Translations under genes and position numbers: made by a program
Assembly: GCA_965248435.1 (NCBI GenBank)
Contig: OZ252100.1
Coordinates: 4,480,001 to 4,544,000, forward strand
Length of the DNA: 64,000 nucleotides
Direction of reading: 5' to 3'
DNA from: Candidatus Latescibacterota bacterium
GTDB lineage: Bacteria > Latescibacterota > UBA2968 > GCA-2709665
In this document: positions 1-9,672 of the stretch, in pieces
How positions within the stretch are numbered: the stretch's first letter is position 1
Layout: the number at the start of each line of letters is the position of its first letter
The notes under the pieces: generated by a model
Database searches by the model: none
The model's input: the letters and a program-made list of their open reading frames with translations, nothing else
What the model was told of the DNA's origin: nothing

Positions 1-1
1 C

Positions 2-1197
<1,196 letters not shown>

Positions 1198-1198
1198 C

Positions 1199-1225
1199 GT
1201 AGAGACGCCGGCGGGGTGTCTCTAC
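1199..1225. repeat. GTAG-type REP palindrome
   Basis: GTAGAGACGCCGGCGGGGTGTCTCTAC, near-identical to the copy at 5708-5736. Confidence 0.8.
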
Positions 1226-1254
1226 GGTGGCAAAGCAATTGAGGAATCGTAGAA

Positions 1255-1563
1255 ATGAGGCGTGTCTTCCTGGAGGATGCGAAACCTGGCGACGAGGTTG
1301 CCGAGCCGGTTGTGAGCAGTCGCGGTGTCGTCATTCTAACGAAGGGATCTGCGCTGACCCTTGCACTCATCGGCAGGATGCGGAAGATGGGCATCGCAGA
1401 GGTCCTGGTGGAGGGCGATGATCCCGATGCACCACCTCCGGAGGAACTGGATGAGGCGTTGAAGGAATTGGATGCGAGATTCGAGGGCCTAGAAGAGAAC
1501 AGGCTGATGATGATGATCAAGAGGATTTCAAGGCAGCACGTGTTGGACCGGGCTTCGACCTGA
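1255..1563 (+). CDS. Small protein resembling the N-terminal domain of HD-GYP/HDOD-associated proteins
   Basis: Pattern AKPGDEVAEPV..RGVVIL.KG..LT..LI..MRKMGI..V.VEG; lies directly upstream of the HDOD gene. Confidence 0.7.
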   Translation: MRRVFLEDAKPGDEVAEPVVSSRGVVILTKGSALTLALIGRMRKMGIAEVLVEGDDPDAPPPEELDEALKELDARFEGLEENRLMMMIKRISRQHVLDRAST

Positions 1564-1573
1564 AAGGGCAGAG

Positions 1574-2392
1574 ATGGAGGCAGCGGAGATGCGGCGCCGG
1601 GTGGAGAAGGTCATCTCCCTTCCAACGCTGCCCGGAATCGTGACCCGAATTACTCAGATGGTGGACGATCCAAATGCCACCGCGAGTGAAATCGGGAAGG
1701 AGATCGAGCAGGATCAGGTCTTGTCGGCCAAGGTTCTGAAGCTGGTGAATTCAGGCTTTTATGGGTTCTCTCAGCCGATTTCGACGATTTCGCACGCGAT
1801 GGTGCTGCTCGGGTTCAACGTGGTGAAGACACTGGTCCTCTCCACGGCCGTCCTGGATATGATGGCCAACTCCATGGTTGGTTTGTGGCACCACTCGCTG
1901 GCCTGCGCCCGCTCCTGCGGGATTATCGGGCGGCACCTGGACATGGCCGATCCGGAGGAGATCAGCGTGACCGGGCTGCTTCATGATCTTGGAAAAATCG
2001 TGCTTGAAGAGCATATGAAGGCGGAGTTCGACCAGATCGCAGATCTCGTTCAAGAGCGGAACGCGCTCTGCTATGAGGTCGAGGAGGAAGTGCTGGGGAT
2101 CACTCACGCCAATGTCGGCGGGTGGCTTCTACAAAAGTGGCAGCTTCCGAGTCAGCTCGTGGATCCGATCATGTTCCATCACAAATTCCATCCCTCGCGC
2201 GCCAACGCGGAGCGAACCGCTGTGGTTCACCTGGCCGACATCCTGGTGCGCTCCGAAGGTTACGGATCCGGTGGAGACCGACGGATTCCCGTCGCCTCCG
2301 AGGAGGCCGTCTCTCTGCTGAATCTGAAGGAACGCGACTTCCAGGAAATCATGGATGCGACGGTGGAAGCAATGCGGGGGGTGATCACTTAA
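1574..2392 (+). CDS. HDOD domain protein
   Basis: LPTLP, DQVLSAKVLKLVNSGFYG, LWHHS, GLLHDLGK, HANVGGWLLQKWQLP, VVHLAD. Confidence 0.95.
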   Translation: MEAAEMRRRVEKVISLPTLPGIVTRITQMVDDPNATASEIGKEIEQDQVLSAKVLKLVNSGFYGFSQPISTISHAMVLLGFNVVKTLVLSTAVLDMMANSMVGLWHHSLACARSCGIIGRHLDMADPEEISVTGLLHDLGKIVLEEHMKAEFDQIADLVQERNALCYEVEEEVLGITHANVGGWLLQKWQLPSQLVDPIMFHHKFHPSRANAERTAVVHLADILVRSEGYGSGGDRRIPVASEEAVSLLNLKERDFQEIMDATVEAMRGVIT

Positions 2393-3420
2393 CTGAGAAC
2401 CTGATTCATCTGCCGTGCGCTCTGATTGTTGCTGACCGGGACCTGAAAACCCTCTCCGGAAGCCGGAAAGGGTTTTCAGTTTTTGGGGTCAGATTGGAAT
2501 CGGACGCCGCATCGAAACATTTGAGCGAGCTGGAGCGCGCGATCCTGGCGGACTCCGATTTTTCGGGACACGCCCGCGGGATGATGGCGGGTCTGTCCCG
2601 TCCTGGCAGCGAGACCCAATTTTCGTGGGACCGGAATGGGCGGACTTATGAAGTCGTGATCTCCAGAATGGAAGGCGGAACGTCGGAGGTATATGCGTTC
2701 CTGTTTAACGATGTAACGGAGAGGATGCGTTTTCAGGAAACACAGGAACTTGCCCGGCGTTACCTGGAGGACATCCTGAACAACATCCAGCTGGGTGTGA
2801 TCGTACTGAGCCGCGACATGCGCATAACGAATCTGAATCGGGCGCAAGAGCGGTTTCTGAATCGGATGGGGATTCGGATGAGCTGGGTGGAGGTCATCGG
2901 AATGGAGATGGCCGAGCTCATGTCCGAGGATGCGATTTGGAGTCAGGTCGCGGAACAGGTCCTGGACCAGGGAGAGGGGTTTGCGGGTCCTCAGCGGACC
3001 TACCAGACCGAGGACGGTGACCTTATCCTGTCGATAGAGATCACCCCGCTGCGGGACCCGCACGGCAAAGTCATCGGGGCAATCCAGGTGTCGGAGGATG
3101 TGACGGAGAAGGTGAAACTGGAAGGGGAGCTGCACGATGCCGAGATCAAGGCGGAGCGACTGGAGGCGGTTCGAGAGACGGCTGTAGCTGTAAACCACGA
3201 AGTGAACAATCCGCTGGCGAGCATCCTGGGGATGACTCAGCTCCTCTTGCTCTCGGCGGAGAAACTGGACGAAGATACGCTCAGGAAGTTGAAACAGATC
3301 GAGGCTGGCGTGAATCGGATCGCAAGCGTTACGAGCAAACTCGGATCGCTCGATAAACTGAAGACCAAGGACTATATTTCGGAAGGGCCCAAGATGCTGG
3401 ATCTGGGTTTGGGGGAGTAA
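2389..3420 (+). CDS. PAS-domain protein with HisKA dimerisation domain and no HATPase domain; start codon uncertain
   Basis: Two PAS-like segments (ending DVTER and EDVTEK) and H-box AVNHEVNNPL; the protein ends ~70 aa later. Confidence 0.8.
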   Translation, partial: LTENLIHLPCALIVADRDLKTLSGSRKGFSVFGVRLESDAASKHLSELERAILADSDFSGHARGMMAGLSRPGSETQFSWDRNGRTYEVVISRMEGGTSEVYAFLFNDVTERMRFQETQELARRYLEDILNNIQLGVIVLSRDMRITNLNRAQERFLNRMGIRMSWVEVIGMEMAELMSEDAIWSQVAEQVLDQGEGFAGPQRTYQTEDGDLILSIEITPLRDPHGKVIGAIQVSEDVTEKVKLEGELHDAEIKAERLEAVRETAVAVNHEVNNPLASILGMTQLLLLSAEKLDEDTLRKLKQIEAGVNRIASVTSKLGSLDKLKTKDYISEGPKMLDLGLGE

Positions 3421-3468
3421 TCGCGTATCTCGTATTCCTTATCTCGTATCTCGTAGTTCGTATCTCGC
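3421..3468. repeat. Degenerate heptamer tandem repeat (ATCTCGT)n
   Basis: tcgcgta tctcgta ttcctta tctcgta tctcgta gttcgta tctcgc. Confidence 0.85.
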
Positions 3469-3507
3469 GGGCCAGTCATCCCGCGTTTTTTTTGCAATTC
3501 GATTCGC

Positions 3508-3529
3508 GTAGCCGCTGGGAGGTCTCTAC
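3508..3529. repeat. Partial GTAG-type REP
   Basis: gtagccgctgggaggtctctac, overlapping the stop codon of the minus-strand peptidase gene. Confidence 0.5.
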
Positions 3530-5037
3530 GGTACGGTGAGATCGAAATTGCCGACGAAGGTGAGAAAGTCCAAAAAAGTAACCCGGCGATCACCGTCCAG
3601 GTCATAGGTCGGATCGTATCCGGGCTGTCCCGCACCAAGGTCGAAATGGACAGCGAACTCGACAAAGTCTTCGAATGCGACCCGGCCGCTCGCGTCGAAG
3701 TCGGAGGCAGCCGGCGAAGTGCCGTCCAGAGGCGTAATCGAAAACGTGTAGGCCTCATCCTGGCCAGAGGTTCGGGCGATGGCCAGTGCTCTGTTTTCCT
3801 GGCCGAAAGCTGCAAGTCGCTCAGACGTGCCCTGTGGAATGGAGAAAGAGGCCATCATGGGGCTGCCGTCCCGCTCAGAAATCAGAACGGCCAGGAGGTC
3901 GCTTTCGCCCGAAAACTGGATGGAGAGGCCATCGGAATGACCAAGCGCGAGGTAATCCACTCCCCAGAGCCGCACGTTTCGGGTGAGGTCCTCGGCAGGC
4001 ACGATAACTGTATCCCGGTGGACCGGCCCGAGGTCGATCCTGGCGTATCCGAAATCGTCCGGACCATCCAGGTAAGCGGCCGCCGCCCAGGCGGCGAATA
4101 GATCTTCAAAGCGGTCCGAAACGCCAAGACCTGTAAGGACACGCTCGAGGCCGGTGATTCCGTTTTCGGGCTCCTCAACGAGGTCCTTCAGCGCCGCATC
4201 GCCATATCGTTGGGCGTAATAGGTCATGAACAGGAATGCCTGGTCGAAGTCGAAGGCAGTGTCCTCCCAAACCGTCAGGCTGGTGTTCGTCACCTCCAGA
4301 AAGGCCGAAGCCGCGGATTTCGTCGTGTCTTTATAGCCGCAAACCAGCTCGGCATATTCAGAGCAGCCTTCGTCCACCCATTTTTCTTCGTCCGGGTCCG
4401 ATCTCCAGTGCAGCATGTGCTGGAATTCGTGAGCCAATGTCGCTTTGGCGAGCTCGCTTTCTATGTCAAGGGGATTGCTGTCCAGATAGACAATCTCTCT
4501 AGAAGTCGGCGCGGCCTGGTTCTCGGCGTCGAAGTATCCGACGAAGGTGGTTCCGGTAAACGGACTGTCCAGGATGTCGAGGATGACGATCAAGATGCGG
4601 GGGTCGCCGTCCACATCTGGTTCGTGACCGAACAAGTCGGTCTCGACTTCAAAGATCCCGCGATCCTCGTGTCTGGCCGTCGCGTCGTCGAAGGCGTGGG
4701 CGAGAGATTCCAATCCGGCCTGTGTGACTCGAGAAGTCCCCCATACGTCGTCTTCGACGAAGAGGTAACAGCTTTGGCCGACCAATCGACAGGTCGTTGT
4801 CGTCTGGTAGTGCCCTTCATCTCCCAATCGGAAGCTGAAGGCCGGAACCGTGAGGGGGTCGCCCACCTGGAAGGATTGTGTGAATTGGCGGAAAGTCAGA
4901 GGTTTGTCGAGGTGCTGCCGTCTTGGAAGGAGGTGCGTGCCGCTCTTCGGGATCGGGGCGGCTGCAGCGCTGAGGCTGTTGCAGCAGGAGATGAGGATGG
5001 TGATACAGCTGATGGAGAGACGTTTCAGGAAGTCCAT
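3526..5037 (-). CDS. Secreted zinc metallopeptidase (M30/M6-like) with C-terminal dockerin-like EF-hand pair
   Basis: Signal peptide; LAHEFQH...WVDEGCSE gluzincin motif; DFDASGRVAFEDF and DLDGDRRVTFLDF repeats. Confidence 0.8.
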   Translation of the reverse strand: MDFLKRLSISCITILISCCNSLSAAAAPIPKSGTHLLPRRQHLDKPLTFRQFTQSFQVGDPLTVPAFSFRLGDEGHYQTTTTCRLVGQSCYLFVEDDVWGTSRVTQAGLESLAHAFDDATARHEDRGIFEVETDLFGHEPDVDGDPRILIVILDILDSPFTGTTFVGYFDAENQAAPTSREIVYLDSNPLDIESELAKATLAHEFQHMLHWRSDPDEEKWVDEGCSEYAELVCGYKDTTKSAASAFLEVTNTSLTVWEDTAFDFDQAFLFMTYYAQRYGDAALKDLVEEPENGITGLERVLTGLGVSDRFEDLFAAWAAAAYLDGPDDFGYARIDLGPVHRDTVIVPAEDLTRNVRLWGVDYLALGHSDGLSIQFSGESDLLAVLISERDGSPMMASFSIPQGTSERLAAFGQENRALAIARTSGQDEAYTFSITPLDGTSPAASDFDASGRVAFEDFVEFAVHFDLGAGQPGYDPTYDLDGDRRVTFLDFLTFVGNFDLTVP

Positions 5038-5047
5038 AGCTGGTCCT

Positions 5048-5770
5048 TCAGAACCCGGCTCTCAAGCGGACCCCAAGGCCCCCTTCCGGATGCGCGAACG
5101 CGCGCCACTCCATCCGCGCCGGGCCTTCCTGGGCCAGCGTCCTGCGCGCGATTCGAGCGGCGTTCAGCGCACTCGCAAATCTGTTGAAAACAAGGGCGCC
5201 CACGAAAAGGAACGCCGTCTGTCCCGCCGAGTTCGCTTTGCTGCGGAGTCTTTGAAACTCGAAACGAGACGCATCCGAGTCCCATTCCCAGAGGTTCGGA
5301 ACGGTTTCCGGTCTCAGGGTCGCGAATTCTCCGTCCAAAAATCGGGCCCTGGTATTGCGGTCGTAAATGCTTCGAAACAGAACCATGTCGTCGAAGAACG
5401 CGTTCGACTTCCCTTCCGTTTTCACACCCGCGTGGGTTGCGGCGAACGATTTGAAGGCGTCCTCACGGTCGGACTCCAGGCCTCTGAAGAGGACCGTGCC
5501 GGACCAGAAGGAGGCTTCGGTGAAGAAGAAAAATCTGGAGGATCGACGCCCGCCGGCGTAGTGCTCGCCAGCTCCGGGGAGGAGAAGAGAGAGCAGGGCA
5601 GCCTTGCGGGGCGACCTTGCGGTGTGGGATTCAGCCGCGACCTGACCGCTCGCACAGGCTATCAGGCAGATGATCAGGCTCAAGAACACCCAGGTCGGTA
5701 CGTTATTGTAGAGACGCCCCAGCGGGGCGTCTCTACGGTCAATTGATTGCGATAGATGGATTCGGGACAT
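5048..5770 (-). CDS. Membrane/outer-membrane protein (DUF5683-like)
   Basis: SPRKAALLSLLLPGAGEHY motif; C-terminal Phe; paralogous to the upstream gene. Confidence 0.65.
   Translation of the reverse strand: MSRIHLSQSIDRRDAPLGRLYNNVPTWVFLSLIICLIACASGQVAAESHTARSPRKAALLSLLLPGAGEHYAGGRRSSRFFFFTEASFWSGTVLFRGLESDREDAFKSFAATHAGVKTEGKSNAFFDDMVLFRSIYDRNTRARFLDGEFATLRPETVPNLWEWDSDASRFEFQRLRSKANSAGQTAFLFVGALVFNRFASALNAARIARRTLAQEGPARMEWRAFAHPEGGLGVRLRAGF
5708..5736. repeat. GTAG-type REP palindrome
   Basis: GTAGAGACGCCCC-AGC-GGGGCGTCTCTAC, perfect inverted repeat. Confidence 0.85.
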
Positions 5771-5783
5771 TTTTCACAATGTT

Positions 5784-6587
5784 TTAGAACCGGGTGCTCA
5801 GGCTCAAGGTCGGCGCGATGTCCCCATTGAGGTTTGCCGGAAAGACGTCAACGCGTAGATGTGAGCGGCTATCCGCACGGTTCACTGAACGGGCGAGCCA
5901 GGATGCGTGAATGGCGCTCGTGATCCGATTCAGAACCGCCAGCCCGACGACAACGGAGGCCCGCTTCAAGAGTTTGTTGCTTTCGTTTCGCTGACCCTCA
6001 TAGTCCAGCCTCAACCCGGACTGTATCTGCTCGTTGTTCGTCGCGAGGGGAAGGTCTCTGGTGTCATCCCAGCCGTAGACGAACTGATCGTATTTTCCGA
6101 TCACCTCGTAGTACTGCTGGGTGTCCACTCTTTCACACGCGCCTGGATTGGGGGCGTCGTCCTTGCAGGGCAGGAGGTGAGTTTCGTTCACGGGAAACCC
6201 CTGAGTCTGATTGAGCGTCTGCCAATCCCTGTATCTGTCCTCATCCCAAAGGCGGTCGGCAAAGGCCCGGAATTCGGTCCTCAAGTCATTGCCTCTGCTT
6301 CGCCAACGTGCGTAGGTGATCCAGATGAGGGCTTCGGCGGCCATGAATCCGATGGCCCGCTTTTTCGCTCCGGTATACAGTTCCCCCAGTCCCGGGATGG
6401 CGAGCGACATCAAGAAGGCGGTCGAGGGAGATTTGGCGGGGGTCTCTCCCTTAGGGTCGCCTTCGGACAGGGGACGACGCGCGTTCGGTTCAGAACCGAT
6501 CGCCGGCATCCCTGTAGGTTCCGTTGCCCACACGGACGACCCGAACAACATCGCGGAAAGCAGCGCGATCGCCATTTTGGTTGTCAT
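5784..6587 (-). CDS. Membrane/outer-membrane protein (DUF5683-like)
   Basis: RBS plus ATG at 6587, signal peptide, KSPSTAFLMSLAIPGLGELY, TQQYYEVIGKYDQF, C-terminal Phe. Confidence 0.7.
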   Translation of the reverse strand: MTTKMAIALLSAMLFGSSVWATEPTGMPAIGSEPNARRPLSEGDPKGETPAKSPSTAFLMSLAIPGLGELYTGAKKRAIGFMAAEALIWITYARWRSRGNDLRTEFRAFADRLWDEDRYRDWQTLNQTQGFPVNETHLLPCKDDAPNPGACERVDTQQYYEVIGKYDQFVYGWDDTRDLPLATNNEQIQSGLRLDYEGQRNESNKLLKRASVVVGLAVLNRITSAIHASWLARSVNRADSRSHLRVDVFPANLNGDIAPTLSLSTRF

Positions 6588-6615
6588 AGCCCTGCTCCTG
6601 TTCAGCAAAACAAAG

Positions 6616-9600
6616 TCAGGATCCGACGCTCTCCAGATACCCAAAGAGTAGGGTAAAGTAGAGTTTCAAACCACTTCTTTTCCCGACCATACCTGGTGAG
6701 GTCAGTGGGGCCGTGTCGAACCCGTAGGCCGCGTCGAAGCCGACTCGGGTCGGAAAGAGATAGAATGAGGTGGCATCGTACCGAACCTGCATCCCGATGT
6801 CCCGCTTCCACCCCCTTTTGAGGATGTCATCACGGGCGTCGCCATCCCAGGCACGCCCGATGCCGGCGTAGAGTGCGCCGTAGACCTGGTCGGAATGGAG
6901 GGGTCCTGTCAGCCGACCGATCCGGGTCCAGAGGGGGAACCGATATGCGGCCCGAAACATCGCAACGCGGCGCCCTTCGAGGCCGTAGAAGGTATATCCC
7001 TTCATGTAGGGCAGGCCCCCGAGATGGAAGTCGAAGAAGTCGTCCACGCTTCTGTCTATCAGGCCGCCGTAGAATCTGAGTCCGAGGGCGCTCCGACCCG
7101 GGCCCAGCCCCAGATACTCGCTCCAGTCCAGACTGAGCTGATTGTAAAAGTATCGGTCGTAAATTTCGATCAGTATGGAGCTGTTTTCCTTGAATCCGTT
7201 CAGGAAGTAGTTGAAAAACCGGTCGTATCGCAGGGTGACGTTCCGGCCTGAGCTTGGATTGATCTCGGAGTCGATCGTACGAGATACGGTGTTCCGGCGA
7301 TAGGTGAACGCGAGGTCAAGACCGTTCAAGTAGGTGGCACCCAAGGTGACCCTGTTGAAGCCGTTGAACCTCGCCTGTTCTATGGATACGCCGTAGCGGC
7401 TGTAGATGAGCCGGGCATCCAGGATGTCCCCTCGGCTCATCCGCGTGCGAACGCCGAGGTCGATTTCGTTCAGGGCGAACGTGCGGTTGAAGATACGGAA
7501 GTCCTCATCTCGATTGACCACGTCTTCCGAAACGTGTCTGGATTGCCTGTAGACTTCGAAAAAGACAGTCGGACGCCATCTTCGGTATTCGAAGATGCCG
7601 AAGAGGTCGAGGTCCCGATTGGGAGAGACCATTCCTCCGAGGAAGAGCGTTTGTTTTCGCAAGACATCGTCGGAGGTTGCGAAAAAGCCGACTTTGGGTC
7701 TACCGTCGTCCCACGCGATCCTGGGAAGCAGCAGCAGGTTGGAAAACTCATTTCCATACCGCCGACTAGGTTGAGCAGCATCGGTGCTGGCGAATCGGGC
7801 GAGCGTGCTCGCGTCGCGAACGTCTCTAAAAGGCCGGGGGTCTACCCGCTCGCGATCGTGGCTCCCGTTGATGGACCTGATTTCGTAGCCGGTTGGACCG
7901 TAGTGAGCGTAGGCGATCCGGCCATCCACGGGATTGATGTCGGGATGCATGGCCCCTCCCAGAACACGAGTCAATCGGTCTACGGCGCCGTCGGCAAGGT
8001 TGATGTGATAGAGGTCGAAGATCCCTTCCAAGTCGGAAGCGAAGACCAGGCCGGTGCCATCCGAGGTCCAGCAGGGGTCTCGGTCGGTCCCGGAAGAGGC
8101 GACGACGTAGGACCAATCCCCCCCATCGGCATCGATCACCGCGATGTCCCTGCCTCTTCCTTCCTTGAATACGGAGACCGCGATGGATTCCCCCTGTGGG
8201 GACCATCTGGGCGTGTAAATCTGTGTTCCATCATCGAACCGGGTGAGGAATCGGACCTGCTTCGATCGGATGTCCATGACCCCGAGGTTGGTTGTGCCGG
8301 CCGCATTCTTTACGAAGGCGACCTCTATCCCGTCGGGTGAAACAGAGGGATGTGCACCGCGGAGCCCGTGCGTGAGGCGAACTTCACCGGGCCGCTCCCC
8401 CTGGGGCAGCCCGACAAACCCTTTGACCTTGTGGAGCGGCCCCTCGCCCGTAGCTGAAGGGTCCACGGTATAGAGGTCTCTGAATCTGGAGCCGTAGCGC
8501 TCGGGTGGACTCCTCCTGGAGAAGAGGAGGCTGGACCCGTCGGGAGACCAGTCGAACGCCGACGTCACCCCCGGCGCGCCGAGTTCGGCAGTATCGTCTT
8601 CCTGCGAGAAGATATAAAGATTCGTGCGTCCAAAATCGCTGGCGGCGTTCGAGAGGTAGGCGAGCCGCTTTCCATCTGGCGACCACCTGGGGTGCAGGTT
8701 GAAGTAGCCGTCAGAATGAATCAGCTCGCTTGCGGTGGAATCGGCTCCGATGCGCGCCTCCTGGATCCGGTATCGCTCCTCGAGCGCGGCGACCCAGCGG
8801 CCGTGGAGTTCCCGCATCGAGATTCCGAGTGCCTCCTGGACGGCCCCTCCGAAGTCGGTGCGCCACCAAGTTGCTGCGTTTCGGTAGATCTCCCTCAGCT
8901 TTGCGTCTCCAAAGTTGTTCACAATGTGGAGGACAAGAGAGTAGCCGTGGTCGTACACCTTTTCGAGCCCGAGGCCCGACTTGGCTCCAAAGACGGACAT
9001 TTCGTCATAGCTGAGCAGTGAGCCGTTCAACGTGGCCATGCGGAGGATCATGTCCCTGTGGGAATCCCAACTGTCGTGATGCGCCCCCCTTGCCATGTAC
9101 TGCGCCGTGCCTTCGGCGTACCACGGGGGCACCTGGGTCGTCGGTACGGCATAGGAGGCCAGAATGTTGGGGTATCCGGAAAGGATGTCTTCGCGTCGGC
9201 CTTCGCTCTGGTAGCCCAGGACGTGGAAATAGATCGCGGGAATCCGCGCCGATGCCTTTCGAGCCGTCTGCAGGGAAATGATGTGAGACAGCTCGTGAGT
9301 GACGACGTTGCTCAGCCAATCAGTGGACCCCCTGAGCTCGAAGTCGAGGCTGGATGCCGAAATCTCTATCGTATTGTGGTAATAATAGGCCGCACCGTTC
9401 GCGTAGTCGTCGGTGTCTTTCAGGATCATCCTGACCTTGTCATCGGGGACAAACCGGTAGAGTTCCGTGACCGGGCCAAAGACCTGCTCGGCGACTCCGG
9501 CCGCCCGCCTCGCGAACCCGTCCAGGCCCTGGTGATAGTAGACCTTGAAGTGTGGCGTCTCCAGGACTTCCCAGTTCAGCTCGGGATGGTTGGGCTCGTC

Positions 9601-9672
9601 CAGTAACTGAGCGGAGACCGTCTGGAAGCTCGCCAACAGACAGATGGCGGTTGAGCGTAGAAGGATTCTCAT
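6616..9672 (-). CDS. Peptidase-MA-like / PD40 (TolB-like) beta-propeller / Omp85-type barrel fusion protein
   Basis: VTHELSH..WYAEG zinc motif; several WSPDG repeats; C-terminal LGGLPYMKGY plus amphipathic strands. Confidence 0.8.
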   Translation of the reverse strand: MRILLRSTAICLLASFQTVSAQLLDEPNHPELNWEVLETPHFKVYYHQGLDGFARRAAGVAEQVFGPVTELYRFVPDDKVRMILKDTDDYANGAAYYYHNTIEISASSLDFELRGSTDWLSNVVTHELSHIISLQTARKASARIPAIYFHVLGYQSEGRREDILSGYPNILASYAVPTTQVPPWYAEGTAQYMARGAHHDSWDSHRDMILRMATLNGSLLSYDEMSVFGAKSGLGLEKVYDHGYSLVLHIVNNFGDAKLREIYRNAATWWRTDFGGAVQEALGISMRELHGRWVAALEERYRIQEARIGADSTASELIHSDGYFNLHPRWSPDGKRLAYLSNAASDFGRTNLYIFSQEDDTAELGAPGVTSAFDWSPDGSSLLFSRRSPPERYGSRFRDLYTVDPSATGEGPLHKVKGFVGLPQGERPGEVRLTHGLRGAHPSVSPDGIEVAFVKNAAGTTNLGVMDIRSKQVRFLTRFDDGTQIYTPRWSPQGESIAVSVFKEGRGRDIAVIDADGGDWSYVVASSGTDRDPCWTSDGTGLVFASDLEGIFDLYHINLADGAVDRLTRVLGGAMHPDINPVDGRIAYAHYGPTGYEIRSINGSHDRERVDPRPFRDVRDASTLARFASTDAAQPSRRYGNEFSNLLLLPRIAWDDGRPKVGFFATSDDVLRKQTLFLGGMVSPNRDLDLFGIFEYRRWRPTVFFEVYRQSRHVSEDVVNRDEDFRIFNRTFALNEIDLGVRTRMSRGDILDARLIYSRYGVSIEQARFNGFNRVTLGATYLNGLDLAFTYRRNTVSRTIDSEINPSSGRNVTLRYDRFFNYFLNGFKENSSILIEIYDRYFYNQLSLDWSEYLGLGPGRSALGLRFYGGLIDRSVDDFFDFHLGGLPYMKGYTFYGLEGRRVAMFRAAYRFPLWTRIGRLTGPLHSDQVYGALYAGIGRAWDGDARDDILKRGWKRDIGMQVRYDATSFYLFPTRVGFDAAYGFDTAPLTSPGMVGKRSGLKLYFTLLFGYLESVGS

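Noticed and set aside
2122-2388. N-terminal extension of the PAS-HisKA ORF
   Set aside because: Overlaps the HDOD gene out of frame and reads as non-protein-like sequence
3421-3468. Short repeats considered as a CRISPR array
   Set aside because: 7-bp tandem units without spacers; no cas genes in the window
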